Below, piece after piece: positions 26,035 through 37,743 of a stretch of 64,000 nt of DNA. The notes under the pieces were generated by a model, which saw nothing but the letters and a program-made list of their open reading frames with translations, ran no database searches and had not been told where the DNA came from. The stretch is from Eledone cirrhosa. Lineage: Eukaryota. The stretch spans positions 207,390,001-207,454,000 of the forward strand of contig OZ024741.1 in NCBI GenBank assembly GCA_964016885.1, in the 5' to 3' direction. Both the position numbers and the translations under genes were made by a program. Position 1 is the first letter of the stretch. Every line of letters starts with the position of its first letter.

Positions 26035-26380
26035 ACCCAAGTAGAAAATACATAAAGTCAATCCTCTAGACATATTCCTCTTCTCCCTACAACATACCCA
26101 ATAATCTAAACTCACGAACTTTACTGTACAGTATAATTTTTGCTGACACAGAAACCAATTTTCCTTCACACCGTTTCTCTTTACTTTCATCATCATCGGC
26201 AACCTCATTCGTTTTGATGACGAGGAGGAGGAACACAAAAGGTACTGTGGTTATTTGTGTCAGCAAAAATGATACTGTGAAGTGAAGTTCGTGAATTGTA
26301 TTGTGTATGCCCTACACGCTATAGGGAGAAAAGAAATCTAACGTTCTGAGAATTAATCTTGTGTGTATTTTCTCTGGTAC
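26035..26380. repeat. Degenerate inverted repeat (old MITE) in RAD51D intron 1
   Basis: tcacgaactttact..cagtataatttttgctgacacagaaacca pairs with tggttatttgtgtcagcaaaaatgatactg..agtgaagttcgtga. Confidence 0.65.
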
Positions 26381-26547
26381 ACACAAGTCCAAAAGATATA
26401 TAGAAAGAAAAAGGGATATAACATTTGATTTATTTCTCTCTCTCTATATATATATATCTTTTAAACTTATATAATTGATGCTCTGAACTATGGTCGATTG
26501 AGCTTTTTCTTCTTTTTTTTATTGAAAAACACGAACGTTATACATTA

Positions 26548-26672
26548 TTGGCAGAGTCGGATAGAATGTTTTATGGTATTCGCTCTCTGAGTTCAAATCC
26601 CGCTGAGGTCAACTTTGCCTTTCATCATTTCGAGGTCGATAAAAAAAAGGTACCAGTCTAGACCTGGGGTTG
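26548..26672 (+). mobile_element. SINE family A, deleted copy
   Basis: ttggcagagtcgga..ctgagttcaaatcccgctgaggtcaactttgcctttcatc..gtcgataaaa..gtaccag. Confidence 0.65.
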
Positions 26673-26827
26673 ATTCTTTCTTTCTCTGGAAGAAATCTGT
26701 TGTACTCAGGCCAGGAAAGGGATGGGTTCCGCCAGGATTAAAATGAGCCAGAAACGCCGTATGTTAATGAGGCGCCCCTTCGACGCTATCAGGAGTTGCA
26801 GGACCATACATATATTCATACACACAC

Positions 26828-26875
<48 letters not shown>

Positions 26876-27352
26876 GGAGATTTATACTACAACACAGCAT
26901 ATGTTTTAAGATTTCAAGCTAACTATATTGTAGATATAACTATCGTTTTAAATAATTAGAAGACTTTGTCGTGAAATGAATGAAGTGTAAGGTGTAAACA
27001 TTTTCAACCGTTCCTCAGTACAAAGGAAAACATAAAATATTACTTTTATACATATTCAGAAACGTTTGACACTGTATCGGGCGATAATTGCCTATGTATT
27101 TCAAGATAGTACAACATAAACACTAAACATGCCATGCAGGATATAGAAAATAACTGAAATAGTCAGTCTAATTTGCAGATATATTTGGCGAGAAAAAAAT
27201 TAATTAAACAAATGTTTATGCTAGAAAACAGTGTATATTTGAAAGTATCCTGCGTGTCTTTTATTTGTTCGAGGCTCCAACGTTGATTCACACGATATTG
27301 GTGTGCAAAAATGAACGACTGCCGATGTTAATAATATGTATTTTCATCTTAC

Positions 27353-27496
27353 CTTGTATGATATACCAGTGTTATGAACTAATTCTTCAAGTTCTGAATC
27401 TATAAAGTCAACAAGTGTCCGTATATTAGCTGTATTCAGTGCTTGGACAACAGCAGCCGTCATACCAGCACATGTTCCAACACGAATCAGAGACAT
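27353..27496 (-). CDS. RAD51D: RAD51D exon 1 (start)
   Basis: MSLIRVGTCAGMTAAVVQALNTANIRTLVDFIDSELEELVHNTGISYK|gtaaga; 144 nt; resembles the vertebrate RAD51D N-terminus. Confidence 0.93.
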
Positions 27497-27905
27497 TTTT
27501 CACATCAACACAATATCCCACAGACATTCGTATTTGGTGCCGGGCTTGTCAAGGGAGATAACTCTAAATTACTATCGATAGGTATGTTTCCGCATCAGTT
27601 TCTCGTAACAATAACGATCCTAAGAATTAACCTATATGTGAGACCCTGGCAGCTTGAAATGATAGCAAAAGCTCCAGAAAATCACATCCTGTTGTCTTTA
27701 AAAAGAAAGGAAGGAAACGTTGGATAATTGAATTATAATACATCAATTATTTTTAGAAGTATAAGTTTTCTTCGTTTCATTGCTTATATATGTTCTCATT
27801 TTACTGAAATGGGTTTCGTTTCATCACACTGATAACACATTTTTGTTTTTTTAATCAGCTTTATCCATAACTCTGTGTGCCAGTATACTTTGCCTTTTCG
27901 TCGTC
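27497..27905. promoter_or_regulatory. Putative bidirectional promoter / 5'UTRs between RAD51D and TXNRD2-like
   Basis: 409 bp separates divergent ATGs at 27496 (-) and 27906 (+). Confidence 0.6.
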
Positions 27906-27999
27906 ATGTATTCTCACCTGCTTCGCAAAAATTACCAACATTTTAAGAGCTTAATCAAGGCCAGTCCATGTAAAGTGGTATTCTTCAATCTGAGTTCAG
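27906..27999 (+). CDS. TXNRD2: Candidate exon 1 of mitochondrial thioredoxin reductase (targeting peptide)
   Basis: MYSHLLRKNYQHFKSLIKASPCKVVFFNLSS(G)|gtacta: no acidic residues, K/R/S/L-rich. The phase-1 donor matches the phase-1 acceptor at 55495. No homology evidence for this exon itself. Confidence 0.6.
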
Positions 28000-29509
28000 G
28001 TACTAATTAAATTATTCTTTAAAACTAAAGTATTTTATCATAATTAATTGAATGCTTATATTCTTTACCCCACCGTGGTTGGTTCGCTTGTAATAAGGTT
28101 GTAGGAACGTCCGAGTTCGATACCTGCATTTTACTTATAATTAAAACTTGTTCTCTCACACTCCCCCAAGGTACTTGGGGAACGATATAAATCTTATCAC
28201 CTTCCATTTGTCTTATTAACCTTTTTACGGATTTTACTGTCAATCATTATCTGAGAGCAATGCGTATTTTCTCGTTCAACTTTCGTTCGCTTGTAACTTT
28301 TTACGTTATTTTTTTCTTCTTTCCTTCTCTTTGGCGTACACTGATGAAGTAAGCTTTATTAGTAAGAGCAACAGATTAGCAGAATCGGTAGAGCGACGGA
28401 GAAAATGCTTTGTTGTATTTAGTTTTAAGTTTGAGATTCTTATGTAACCATGACCTTTGGGACCACTCTAGAAAGTGTAAGTCTTTTGCTGGGGTTTAAA
28501 GTCAGTTATATTGATTCAGTGCTTGATTGGTCATTTATATTAGCAATCCTAGAAGGGTGAAAAGCAAAGTTGGCGGTGATTGGATTTCAAATCGGTAATA
28601 ATAATTCTTTCTAACACTGGCACTAGGACAACAGTTTTCATATCAATCAAGTTAACTGGTACTTTGTTGTGGATTTCATTAAGCAACAAGGCTAGTAATT
28701 TGGTGGGAATGGGAAAGTCGATTACATCGACCTCAGCACTTGAGTAGTACATTTATTTCATCCTCCGAAAGGGTCATATGGAAAATTGAACTCAGTTCTG
28801 ATATAGCGATTGTTTGTGGTGTTGATTCGTTTGTTGTGTGTGTACTCACTTGTAGCTTGCTGTGTCGTGTGGTCACTGTTGTGATACAGTGTGACCAGAG
28901 GTTGCATGTGTGCAGTTAAGTGAGTAAGTGTTCAATAAGATGATGATGATATGATAGTTCTTTGATCACGAAGAAAATGAATATATATAAATGAACCACG
29001 ATGACACCAAACAGCTATATTATTAATTTTTTGAAAATAGCTCACACCGAAAAAATAGACAAGAATTTTGTACGTTATTTGTTTGTTTGTAAAAGTAGAA
29101 TTAAATTGTATTTACAAAGAAAACTTCATAAACTTCACTGACTTGGTTAAGAGAGAGACCAAGAGATAGAGATTGAGTGAAAAAGAGAGAGTATCAAGAA
29201 CCGCTTCGAACCGCTTCGAACTCCTTGCCGTTTGATCCAAGACAGGCTATTTATACCTGTCGCTTCCTCTGTCACCAAGTCGTCCACTCTCAGATTTGTT
29301 TACGCTTGAAAGTAGATAACCCAGAAAATGACCGTTAAATGTCACCCAGGGGTCAAGGTGTGGGCAGATTTTGCTACCTTATCATGGTTTTTAATTTAGG
29401 CTGATGTCAAGCAATAGTGAGAAGTAAAATGATAATGTTTGTGTGAAATAATGTCATGAAGTTTTTGTATTTGTGTTCTTTTCTCTTTCACTATTTAATT
29501 TCACTGTAA

Positions 29510-29681
29510 ATTTCACTGTAAATGAGGTTGGTGTTAGGAAGGGCATCCAGCTGTAGAAATCAAGCCAAATCAGTTCCATGAGCAAGGCATGGTCAGCCGA
29601 CCAGACACTGCCCACAACAGGACAACCCGTCTAACCCATGCTAGCGTGGAAGAACGGACGTAAAACGGTGATGATGATGAT
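29510..29681 (+). mobile_element. 3' tail fragment of RTE family 1
   Basis: cactgtaaatgaggttggtgttaggaagggcatccagctg..acggacgtaaaacggtgatgatgatga, matching the ends at 34207 and 46960. Confidence 0.8.
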
Positions 29682-29737
29682 ACCCCCTTACCTCCTGCCA
29701 CATCCCTAATTCAAGTTTCCTGTTCAACCTATGCATG

Positions 29738-32150
29738 TATAACAAAATACTGGTGTGTATGAATATAACAAAGACGATTGGTTTGTGTGTATAATATTTA
29801 ATAAACAATTTGTGGATATATAGAACAGTATAGTTGACATGTCAATGAATAGATGAAAGAATGAAGCAAAGTTATTAGTTACCGTTTTGGTTCTCAGGCG
29901 AACGCGGCTGGTAGAAGATGCCTGGCGAAGGCCAGGCGCCGGAAAGGCAAATGAGAGAGAGGGAACTTAAAGTTGTTAGTTTTATAGGGTTCTGACCGGA
30001 AGTTACAGAAAGGGTTCTATGGTGCGAGAGAGAGATTCTTCAAATCTTCGCGGGGAATTTCTCCCTCAGGGCGCGTAGGGATACATCCTCTTCTACTGGC
30101 GTTGATTGGCTGAGCTGAGCCAAATCACGCACAGAGAATGTATGTGAGCCCGCGGAATGTAGGTCACTACAATACTCCCCTTCTAGACAGAAGACGATAC
30201 AGATTATTGAATCAGCAAGAACAAATTCTGAAAGAGCACATCAGTGAAAAAATAATTGACCAGAAGGATGCATGCAAGAAAAAAAATGAGGCGCTAAGGG
30301 CCGTGTTGAGCCGCTGTGTCAAATGACTAGCTGTTTTGTAGTTTATACGTGACCACCAAAGGTCTAACAGAAAACGGATGAAGTCTGACATGGGCGAAGT
30401 TGCTGTTCTTGCATTAAATGTTAATGGTAAGTGTTGTACCAGTAGCTGTGGATGAAGCTATTATGGTAGTTTACCAGTGCTGGCAAGAAGATGATGGGTA
30501 GGCGAGAAAATGTTGGCCTCCCAGATGTATTGCCGAATGTGCTAGGGAGCCAGGAAAAAATGGCTGGTTGCTTTGAAAAGAAAAAAAGCAAGTTGAATCT
30601 GTAGGTGGGTTGCAGTGTAAATTCCATAATTCGGGCGAATCCACAGAAGTGGTGGAAATGCTGACAAGTCCAGTTCTATTTGTTGTTTTCCCAGTGAGTC
30701 AGGTAAGGTAACAAGATGGAGGTTGTTATGGACGATGAGTGTGCAACGAGATGCGAAACTGTTTGAGTTCAGCTGCAATTAGCATTCTCGTGTTGCGGTG
30801 CCTGTCTGAATCCAGGTGAATTAAGCTCTATGAGTCGCTAGCATGTGACGGCACCTCAACCAGGTGAAAAGGGATCTCGCAGAATATTACGTTTGAAGAA
30901 CATATACCAAGAACAACATGTTGGTAGGTGACAAAGAAATGTGTGCATATGCAGGCATGTAAAACAGCAAATAAATGTGTGGGTGCAGTCATATATACAA
31001 TGATAAAGAAAATGATGCAGTCATATATACAATGATAGAAAAAAAAATGAATTTCCATATAATACAGTTTTAAAAAAATAAATGCCTGGAAAAAAAAAGG
31101 AAGAAAGAAAGAATTGTTTCTTTTCTTTTAACAAAAAGTTCGCTTTTCTTTTCTTTAGGATCGCTCTTACTAGGGAGCTAGTAGAGTTGTTGTTGTTAAA
31201 GCAAAGTCACAATGAATATTCTGTAGAGTCGAAGTCGAGCGTTGAAGAACCTAGAGTCACCAATATGGCAGCCACGTCTGACGCCATAATGGTGAGAAGA
31301 CTAATGTCTTAATTTCTCGAGTCCTTGTGGTAACGAGACAGAAGGTATGGTGGTTGCGTCGGTAAAGTTACAAGCCGTTCCCTGGCGTTGGTTAATAGTT
31401 AGCCATGTGTTGCTGCTGATGGCTGGTACTTGGTGGTAGCCGTTTTGAAATTTCCTCGTGGCGTAAATTTGTTTATACATACACTGCCAATTTTAATTTT
31501 ATTTCAAACGGAATATTTTGAACTGAAAATATTCATCACGTCGGGGTCACCACTTTTAGCAGCACATTCCGCGGGCTCACATACATTCTCTGTGTGTGCG
31601 TGCGTTTCTTTGACTGCGTATTTTCATAGTTTGTCAATAAAATTTGCTGTGTATTCGTAATGTTACTCACACAACACCAGATTCTGCTATTTTTTCTTTT
31701 TTTCGGGGTCACCACTTATAACAAAATACTGGTGTGTATGAGTATAACAAAGACGATTGGTTTGTGTGTATAAAATTTAATAAACAATTTGTGGATATAT
31801 AGAACAGTATAGTTGACATGTCAATGAATAGATGAAAGAATGAAGCAAAGTTATTAGTTACCGTTTTGGTTTCCAGGCGAACACGGCTGGCAAAAGACGC
31901 CTGGCGAAGGCCAGGCGCCGGAAAGGCAAATGAGAGAGAGGGAACTTAAAGTTGTTAGTTTTATAGGGTTCTGACCGGAAGTTACAGAAAGGGTTCTATG
32001 GTGCGAGAGAGAGATTCTTCAAATCTTCGCGGGGAATTTCTCCCTCAGGGCGCGTAGGGATACATCCTCTTCTACTGGCGTTGATTGGCTGAGCTGAGCC
32101 AAATCACGCACAGAGAATGTATGTGAGCCCACGGAATGTAGGTCACTACA
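29738..32150 (-). mobile_element. Non-autonomous LTR retroelement (Gypsy-type signals) with 434-bp LTRs and 4-bp TSD
   Basis: Direct repeats 29738-30171 and 31717-32150 (about 9 mismatches by eye). CATG on both flanks. On the minus strand the LTR reads TGTAG...TTATA, PBS TGGTGACCCCGA at 31714-31703, PPT AGAAGGGGAG at 30184-30175. No recognisable gag/pol in the 1.5-kb interior. Confidence 0.92.
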
Positions 32151-32290
32151 CATGCATGGAAAGCTGGATATGCTCCTCAATATACTATGAAGCACAACTC
32201 AGTCTCTTGCTTGCTTTCTAACAGTACTGCTCTCATGACAAAAAGCTCCCAGTCTGCCCTTTACAGTGGTATTGCAGGTGTAGCAACATA

Positions 32291-32471
32291 ATTGTTTCTA
32301 CTTTAGGCACAAGGCCAGCTATTACCCAGTACATTACTGGTACTTTATTTTATCGACCCCGTAAGGATGAAAGGCAAAGTGAACCTCGAGGGGATTTGAA
32401 CTCAGACCGTAAAGGGACGTAACTATGCTGGAAAGCATGGCGTCCGACTCACTACCGATACTGCCAATCCA
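32291..32471 (-). mobile_element. SINE family A, near full length
   Basis: Reverse complement of the 36953 and 63883 copies. Confidence 0.8.
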
Positions 32472-33090
32472 ATGCATCCACTCCAGCCTGTTAGGTGGTG
32501 GTTGTTAGGTGGTTGCCCAGTCCACCTTGTAATGTGGTCGAAATGGTGCCACAAAAAAAAAACACCCAACCCACTTTAAGGTTGTAGTGATGGTACAACA
32601 TAAAAAAACACCCAGTACACATAATGTGGTTGGTTATAAGTAAGAAGGGTGAAAACAATGTATGAGCAAGACGTGGTTACCTGACCTGTCTAGCTTCATA
32701 ATGTGACAGTCCATCTAGTCCATGCAAACATGAAAAGTAAATATTAAACGGTGATGATGATGATGAGGATTATATATTTTGAGTCCCAATTATGAATTAC
32801 ACATCATTTGGGGGTGTTGGGGTACCAATATTAGATTACCCAAACTCGGTCACTCTATGACCAAAAGAATATCTTCCACACAATCTCCTTATAATATATA
32901 ACCAGCAATTTCTCTGTCTGTCTGTCCGACAGTGGAAACACGTGTGCGCGTGCGAATGTTTTTTGCGCGCGGGTAGAGAGAGACTACAAGAGGGGGATAG
33001 CGGGAGGGAGAGTGGGGGGAATTGAGGAGTGCTACAGAAACATATATACATTTCTGTGTGTGTGTAATATATATATATATATACACACAC

Positions 33091-34020
33091 AGAATGAAAG
33101 GCAGGTTGTATGATGCCTGCATACGAACAGCAATGTTGCATGGCAGTGAGACCTGGGCATTGTGTGCAGAGGATATACGCAGACTAGAGAGGAACGAAGC
33201 TTGCATGCTCCGCTGGATGTGTAATAGTAATATACGTGAACGGCAAAGCATAAACGAACTAAGGAAAAAATTAGAAATAAGAGGGATCAGATGTTGTTTA
33301 CTCGAGAGAAGGCTACGTTGGTATGGTCACGTGATGCACATGAAAGACGACAGCTGTATAACAAAGTGCAGGGCAATAAAGATAGATGGTAGCCACGGAG
33401 TAGGCAGACTCAGGAAAACCTGGGACGAGCTGATAAATTCCGACCTCACACACTTACACCTCTCCAAGACAATGTCACTGGACCGAGACCTTTGGCGGTA
33501 CTCAGTAACAGAGAAGACCCGCCTTACCTAAATACAAAGTAAAACCTACTAGTCAGTAGGCATCTCTAACAAAATACACCCCCGTCCCACCCCATCCACA
33601 CCGCCCCCTTCAATGCAAAGTTATGTTGGTGCCACAACATCCAGGCCGAAACAAACGAGATCGTGTAGGTGTCACGACAAAAAAACACACAGTCCACGCT
33701 GTAATGTGACCGTGTAGGCAACACAGTAAAAACCTCCCAGTCCCACACTGTAAGTGTGGTTGGTGTTAGGAAGGGCATCCAGCTGTAGAAAACACGCCAG
33801 ACAGTCCATGCTGTAATGTGGCCGATAGGCAACACGGTAAAAACCTCCCAGCCCCACACTGTAAATGTGGTTGGTGTTAGGAAGGGCATCCAGCTGTAGA
33901 AAACCCGCCAGACAGTCCTATGCGAGCAAGACAACCACTCTTGCCTCAAGTGGGAAAACCCCCGTCCAAACCCATGCAAGCGTGGAACAGGGACGTTAAA
34001 CGATGATGATGATGATGATG
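33091..34020 (+). mobile_element. RTE LINE 3' fragment (sister subfamily of family 1) with a roughly 118-bp tandem duplication in the 3'UTR
   Basis: MKGRLYDACIRTAMLHGSETW..RRLRWYGHVMHM..GRLRKTW; (GAT)n tail. Confidence 0.88.
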
Positions 34021-34206
34021 ACACAGAAATATATATATATACATTTCTGTGTGTGTAGTATATATATATACACACAGAAATATATATACATTTCTGTGTG
34101 TGTAATATATATATATATACACACACACAGAAATATATATACATTTCTGTGTGTGTAATATATATATATACACACACAGAAATATATATACATTTCTGTG
34201 TGTGTA
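34021..34206. repeat. Palindromic minisatellite (acacagaaat-atatatac-atttctgtgt separated by (TA)n)
   Basis: The same unit occurs at about 33033-33092, 36582-36710 and 37262-37490. Confidence 0.85.
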
Positions 34207-36582
34207 ATCATCATCATCATCATCACCGTTTTACGTCCGTTCTTCCACGCTAGCATGGGTTAGACGGGTTGTCCTGTTGTGGGCAGTGTCTGGTCGGCTG
34301 ACCATGCCTTGCTCATACAGGAACTGACTTGGCTTGATTTCTACAGCTTGATGCCCTTCCTAACACCAACCTCATTTACAGTGAGTGCTGGGTGCTTTTT
34401 CGTGGCGCCTACACGTCCACTTTACAGTGTGGGCTGGGTGCGTTTTTGCCGTGGCACCTTCACGACCACCTTGCGGTGGGGGGTGTGGAGGCATATTGTC
34501 TATATGCTTCAGCTTGTACCCATGGGAGGTCGGGTACTCCGTATTACTGTGTGACGCCAGAGGTCACGGTCGTGTGTCATTGCCTTTGAGAGGTGTAATT
34601 GGGTAAGGTCGGCTTTTATCACCTCATCCCAGGTCATCTTGGGTCTCCCCACTCCGCGGTTTCCATCGACTTCTAGAGCTCTGCACCTTTTTATGCAGCT
34701 GTCATCCTTCATACGCATCACATGTCCATACCAGCGCCACCGCCTTTCCTGCACACAGCATTTGATTCCTCTTATCCTCAGTCTCTCTCTCAATTCATTT
34801 ATACTTTGTCGTTCACGTATATTACTGTTACACATCCATCGGATTCGTTTCTCTCTAATCTACGTAAGTCTTCCACTTTCAGCGCCCAGGTCTCACTACC
34901 ATGCAACATTGCTGTTTGGATACGCGCATCATACAGTCTCCCTTTCATTCTGAGGGAGAAGCCTTTTGCAGCTAGCAGTGGTAGTAGTTCCCTAAACTTC
35001 TTCCATCGCATTCTTACCCTAGTTATTGTACTTTCTGAACACCCACCTCCGCTGCTAATTCGGTCACCTAGGTAGCAGAAGCCGTCTACTGTTTCTACAG
35101 AGCCCTGCCAGAGATTGGTGGTACTTGTTTCCTGTGGCTGTTTGCTGCTTGCTGTCCCAGCACAGCTGCTGCATGTGAAGCCTACATTCTTAATTAAGCT
35201 TCCTGAGATCCCGCTACATCTCTTGTGTACCAATTGTTTGCATTTAGGGCAGAGAATGGAGTTCCTACCTACACCTTTCCTACATACTGAGCAAGGCCAT
35301 TTCCCTGAGGGGATCTGGGTTCTGTTTTCTCGTCTACTTACAAGGACCTTAGTCTTTGTCATGTTGACTTTGAGACCCTTTCTTTCTAGTCCCTGCTTCC
35401 AAGTTTGGAATTTATTCTCTAGTTCTTCCATAGATTCAGCTATGAGTGCGAGGTCATCAGCATACAGGAATTCCCATGGGCATCCGGTCTTAAACTCCTC
35501 CGTTATTGCCTGCAGGACTATGATGAACAGGAGGGGGCTAAGAACAGAGCCCTGGTGGACCCCAACCTGTACGCTAAATTCCTCGCTATACTCATTGCTA
35601 ATCCTAACTTTGCTGACTGCTCCCCTATACATGGCTTGTACCGCTTTCACAAGCCAGTCATCTACTCCTAGTTTTCTAAGAGCCCACCAGATTACAGCAC
35701 GTGGAACTCTGTCAAAGGCTTTCTCAAGGTCGACAAATGCCAAGTAGAGTGGCTTACTTTTAGCTAGGTACTTTTCCTGTAACTGCCTCACAAGGAAGAG
35801 GGCATCAGTGGTGTCTCTTCCTGGTACAAACCCAAATTGCATCTCGTCTATTTTCACCCGGTCCCTAATCAACTGTGCTATAACTCTTTCTGTTACTTTC
35901 ATGACCTGGTCCATCAACTTTAAACCTCTATAGTTTCCTCTATCTAGTGCATCGCCTTTACCTTTGTAGCAGTTGACAATGATGCTACTGCACCAATCTT
36001 TTGGTATGACACCTTCTAGTATTACCTGGTTAACAATACGTGTGGTTATAGTGTGACCTACAGACCCAGATGCCTTCAGCATCTCGGAAGCTATACCCGA
36101 TGGACCGGTTGCCTTCCCCATCTTCATATCTTTGATTGCCTTACTTACTACGTTGCTGCTGACTTGTACTGCTGGCCCCTCTATAGGGTCTACTTGGGGT
36201 AGGGTCTCTTCTTCCCATGCATTCTCCTCATTTAGTAATCTATCATAATGACTCTTCCATGCATCTTTCTTCTCAGTACATGTGAGGGCAAGCTCACCTT
36301 TATCATTCCGGATACACTTCTCTCCAATGACATCTCAACTATCTCTGACACTGCCTCGCAATCTTGAACACCTCCTGTTTCTGGTCCTCACGTTGCAAAA
36401 CATGCTTGCATTTTCTATCCTCTGCTTCCCTCCTAGCTAAGTATACTTGTCGTCTAGCTTCCCTCTTGGTCTCTATGTAATATACCCTGCTCCCCCCGTT
36501 CTTCCATTCTTTCCATGCCTGTCTCTTGGCCTAAACTGCTTCATCTACCTTATTGTTCCACCACCAAGTCACTCTCCTCCTG
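34207..36582 (-). mobile_element. RTE LINE family 1, 5'-truncated, RT domain largely intact
   Basis: ORF 34799-36127: NYRGLKL, QFGFVPG, FVDLEKAFDRV, GVHQGSVLSP, FLYADDL, then a Cys-rich CSVC..CPKC..H..C insert; (GAT)n tail. Confidence 0.95.
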
Positions 36583-36627
36583 TGTGTGTAATATATATAT
36601 ACACACACAGAAATATATATATATTTC

Positions 36628-36666
<39 letters not shown>

Positions 36667-36952
36667 CACACACAGAAATGTATATATATATACACACAGA
36701 AATATATATACATCCCTTAGCTACTGTACTGTATCTGTTGCTATCTCTCTCTCTCTCCAGCTATCCCTCTCTTTTAGTCTGTCTGTTTCTCTCACTCTCA
36801 CTCTTTCTTTTTGTAACACACTAACATTCCTCCCCTCTATCGCTGTGATGAATGGGGAGATGGAAGAGGAGGAGGAGGAGAGAGTCACTTCGTCACTTCA
36901 CCTCTGCCTTTCTTTCTCTCCCCTCTCACTCCCTCATTATGTACAGACATTA

Positions 36953-37146
36953 GGGCGGTGGATTGGCAGAATCTGTAGAGAGTCGGACACCATGCTTCAT
37001 AGCATGGAGTTACGTCCCCTTACGGTCTGAGTTCAAATACCGCCGAGGTTAACTTTGCCTTTCATCTTCACGGGGTCGATAAAATAAAGTACCAGTAATG
37101 TACTGGGTAATTGCTGGCCTTGTGCCAAAAGTAGAAACAATTATTA
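36953..37146 (+). mobile_element. tRNA-derived SINE family A, full length
   Basis: A-box-like ttggcagaatctg, B-box gagttcaaatac, body gttaactttgcctttcatc..gtcgataaaataaagtaccag, tail ggccttgtgccaaaagtagaaacaattatt. Confidence 0.85.
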
Positions 37147-37445
37147 GAAACATTGCTTCATTTTTACATATCTAAGCATTAGTAAAATAACTAATAATTT
37201 CAAAAGTAATTTTTCAATTCCAATTGTTATGAACAGCAAAACATTAATAATAATTTTGTTCTAAGAAATATATATACATTTCTGTGTGTGTAATATATAT
37301 ATATATACACACACAGAAATATATATACATTTCTGTGTGTGTAATATATATATATATACACACAGAAATATATATACATTTCTGTGTGTGTAATATATAT
37401 ATATATATACTCACACAGAAATATATATACATTTCTGTGTGTGTA

Positions 37446-37480
<35 letters not shown>

Positions 37481-37743
37481 GAAATATATGGGCATTTCTC
37501 TGTTTGTCTGTCTGTTTGTCCTTCCCTAAAACTCAAATGTAGGTGCTACAGAAATATTACCTTCCCCTTCCTTTCTCCACTTTGGTACTACCAAGAGAAA
37601 CACTGTCGCTATAGAAACATTACCTTCCCCTCTTCACTGACTTTGGTCACTGAGGCCGAGGGAATCGCTGGTTGCTATAGAGACACCTTGCACAAGCCAG
37701 AAGTAACCAGTTCGAGGCGGTTCTGACTTGACACCATGCTAAG

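Noticed and set aside
28340-28356. Alternative TXNRD2 first exon ATGAA|gtaagc
   Set aside because: The phase-2 donor is incompatible with the phase-1 acceptor at 55495.
31535-31552. tRNA-Trp 3' end as a tRNA gene
   Set aside because: Only 18 nt including CCA, inside an LTR element; interpreted as a PBS.
36953-37045. tRNA genes at SINE heads (also 38828, 56136, 63883)
   Set aside because: A/B boxes run into SINE bodies with no complete cloverleaf.
37262-37490. CRISPR-like array of palindromic repeats
   Set aside because: Spacers are just (TA)n, there are no cas genes, and the context is eukaryotic.
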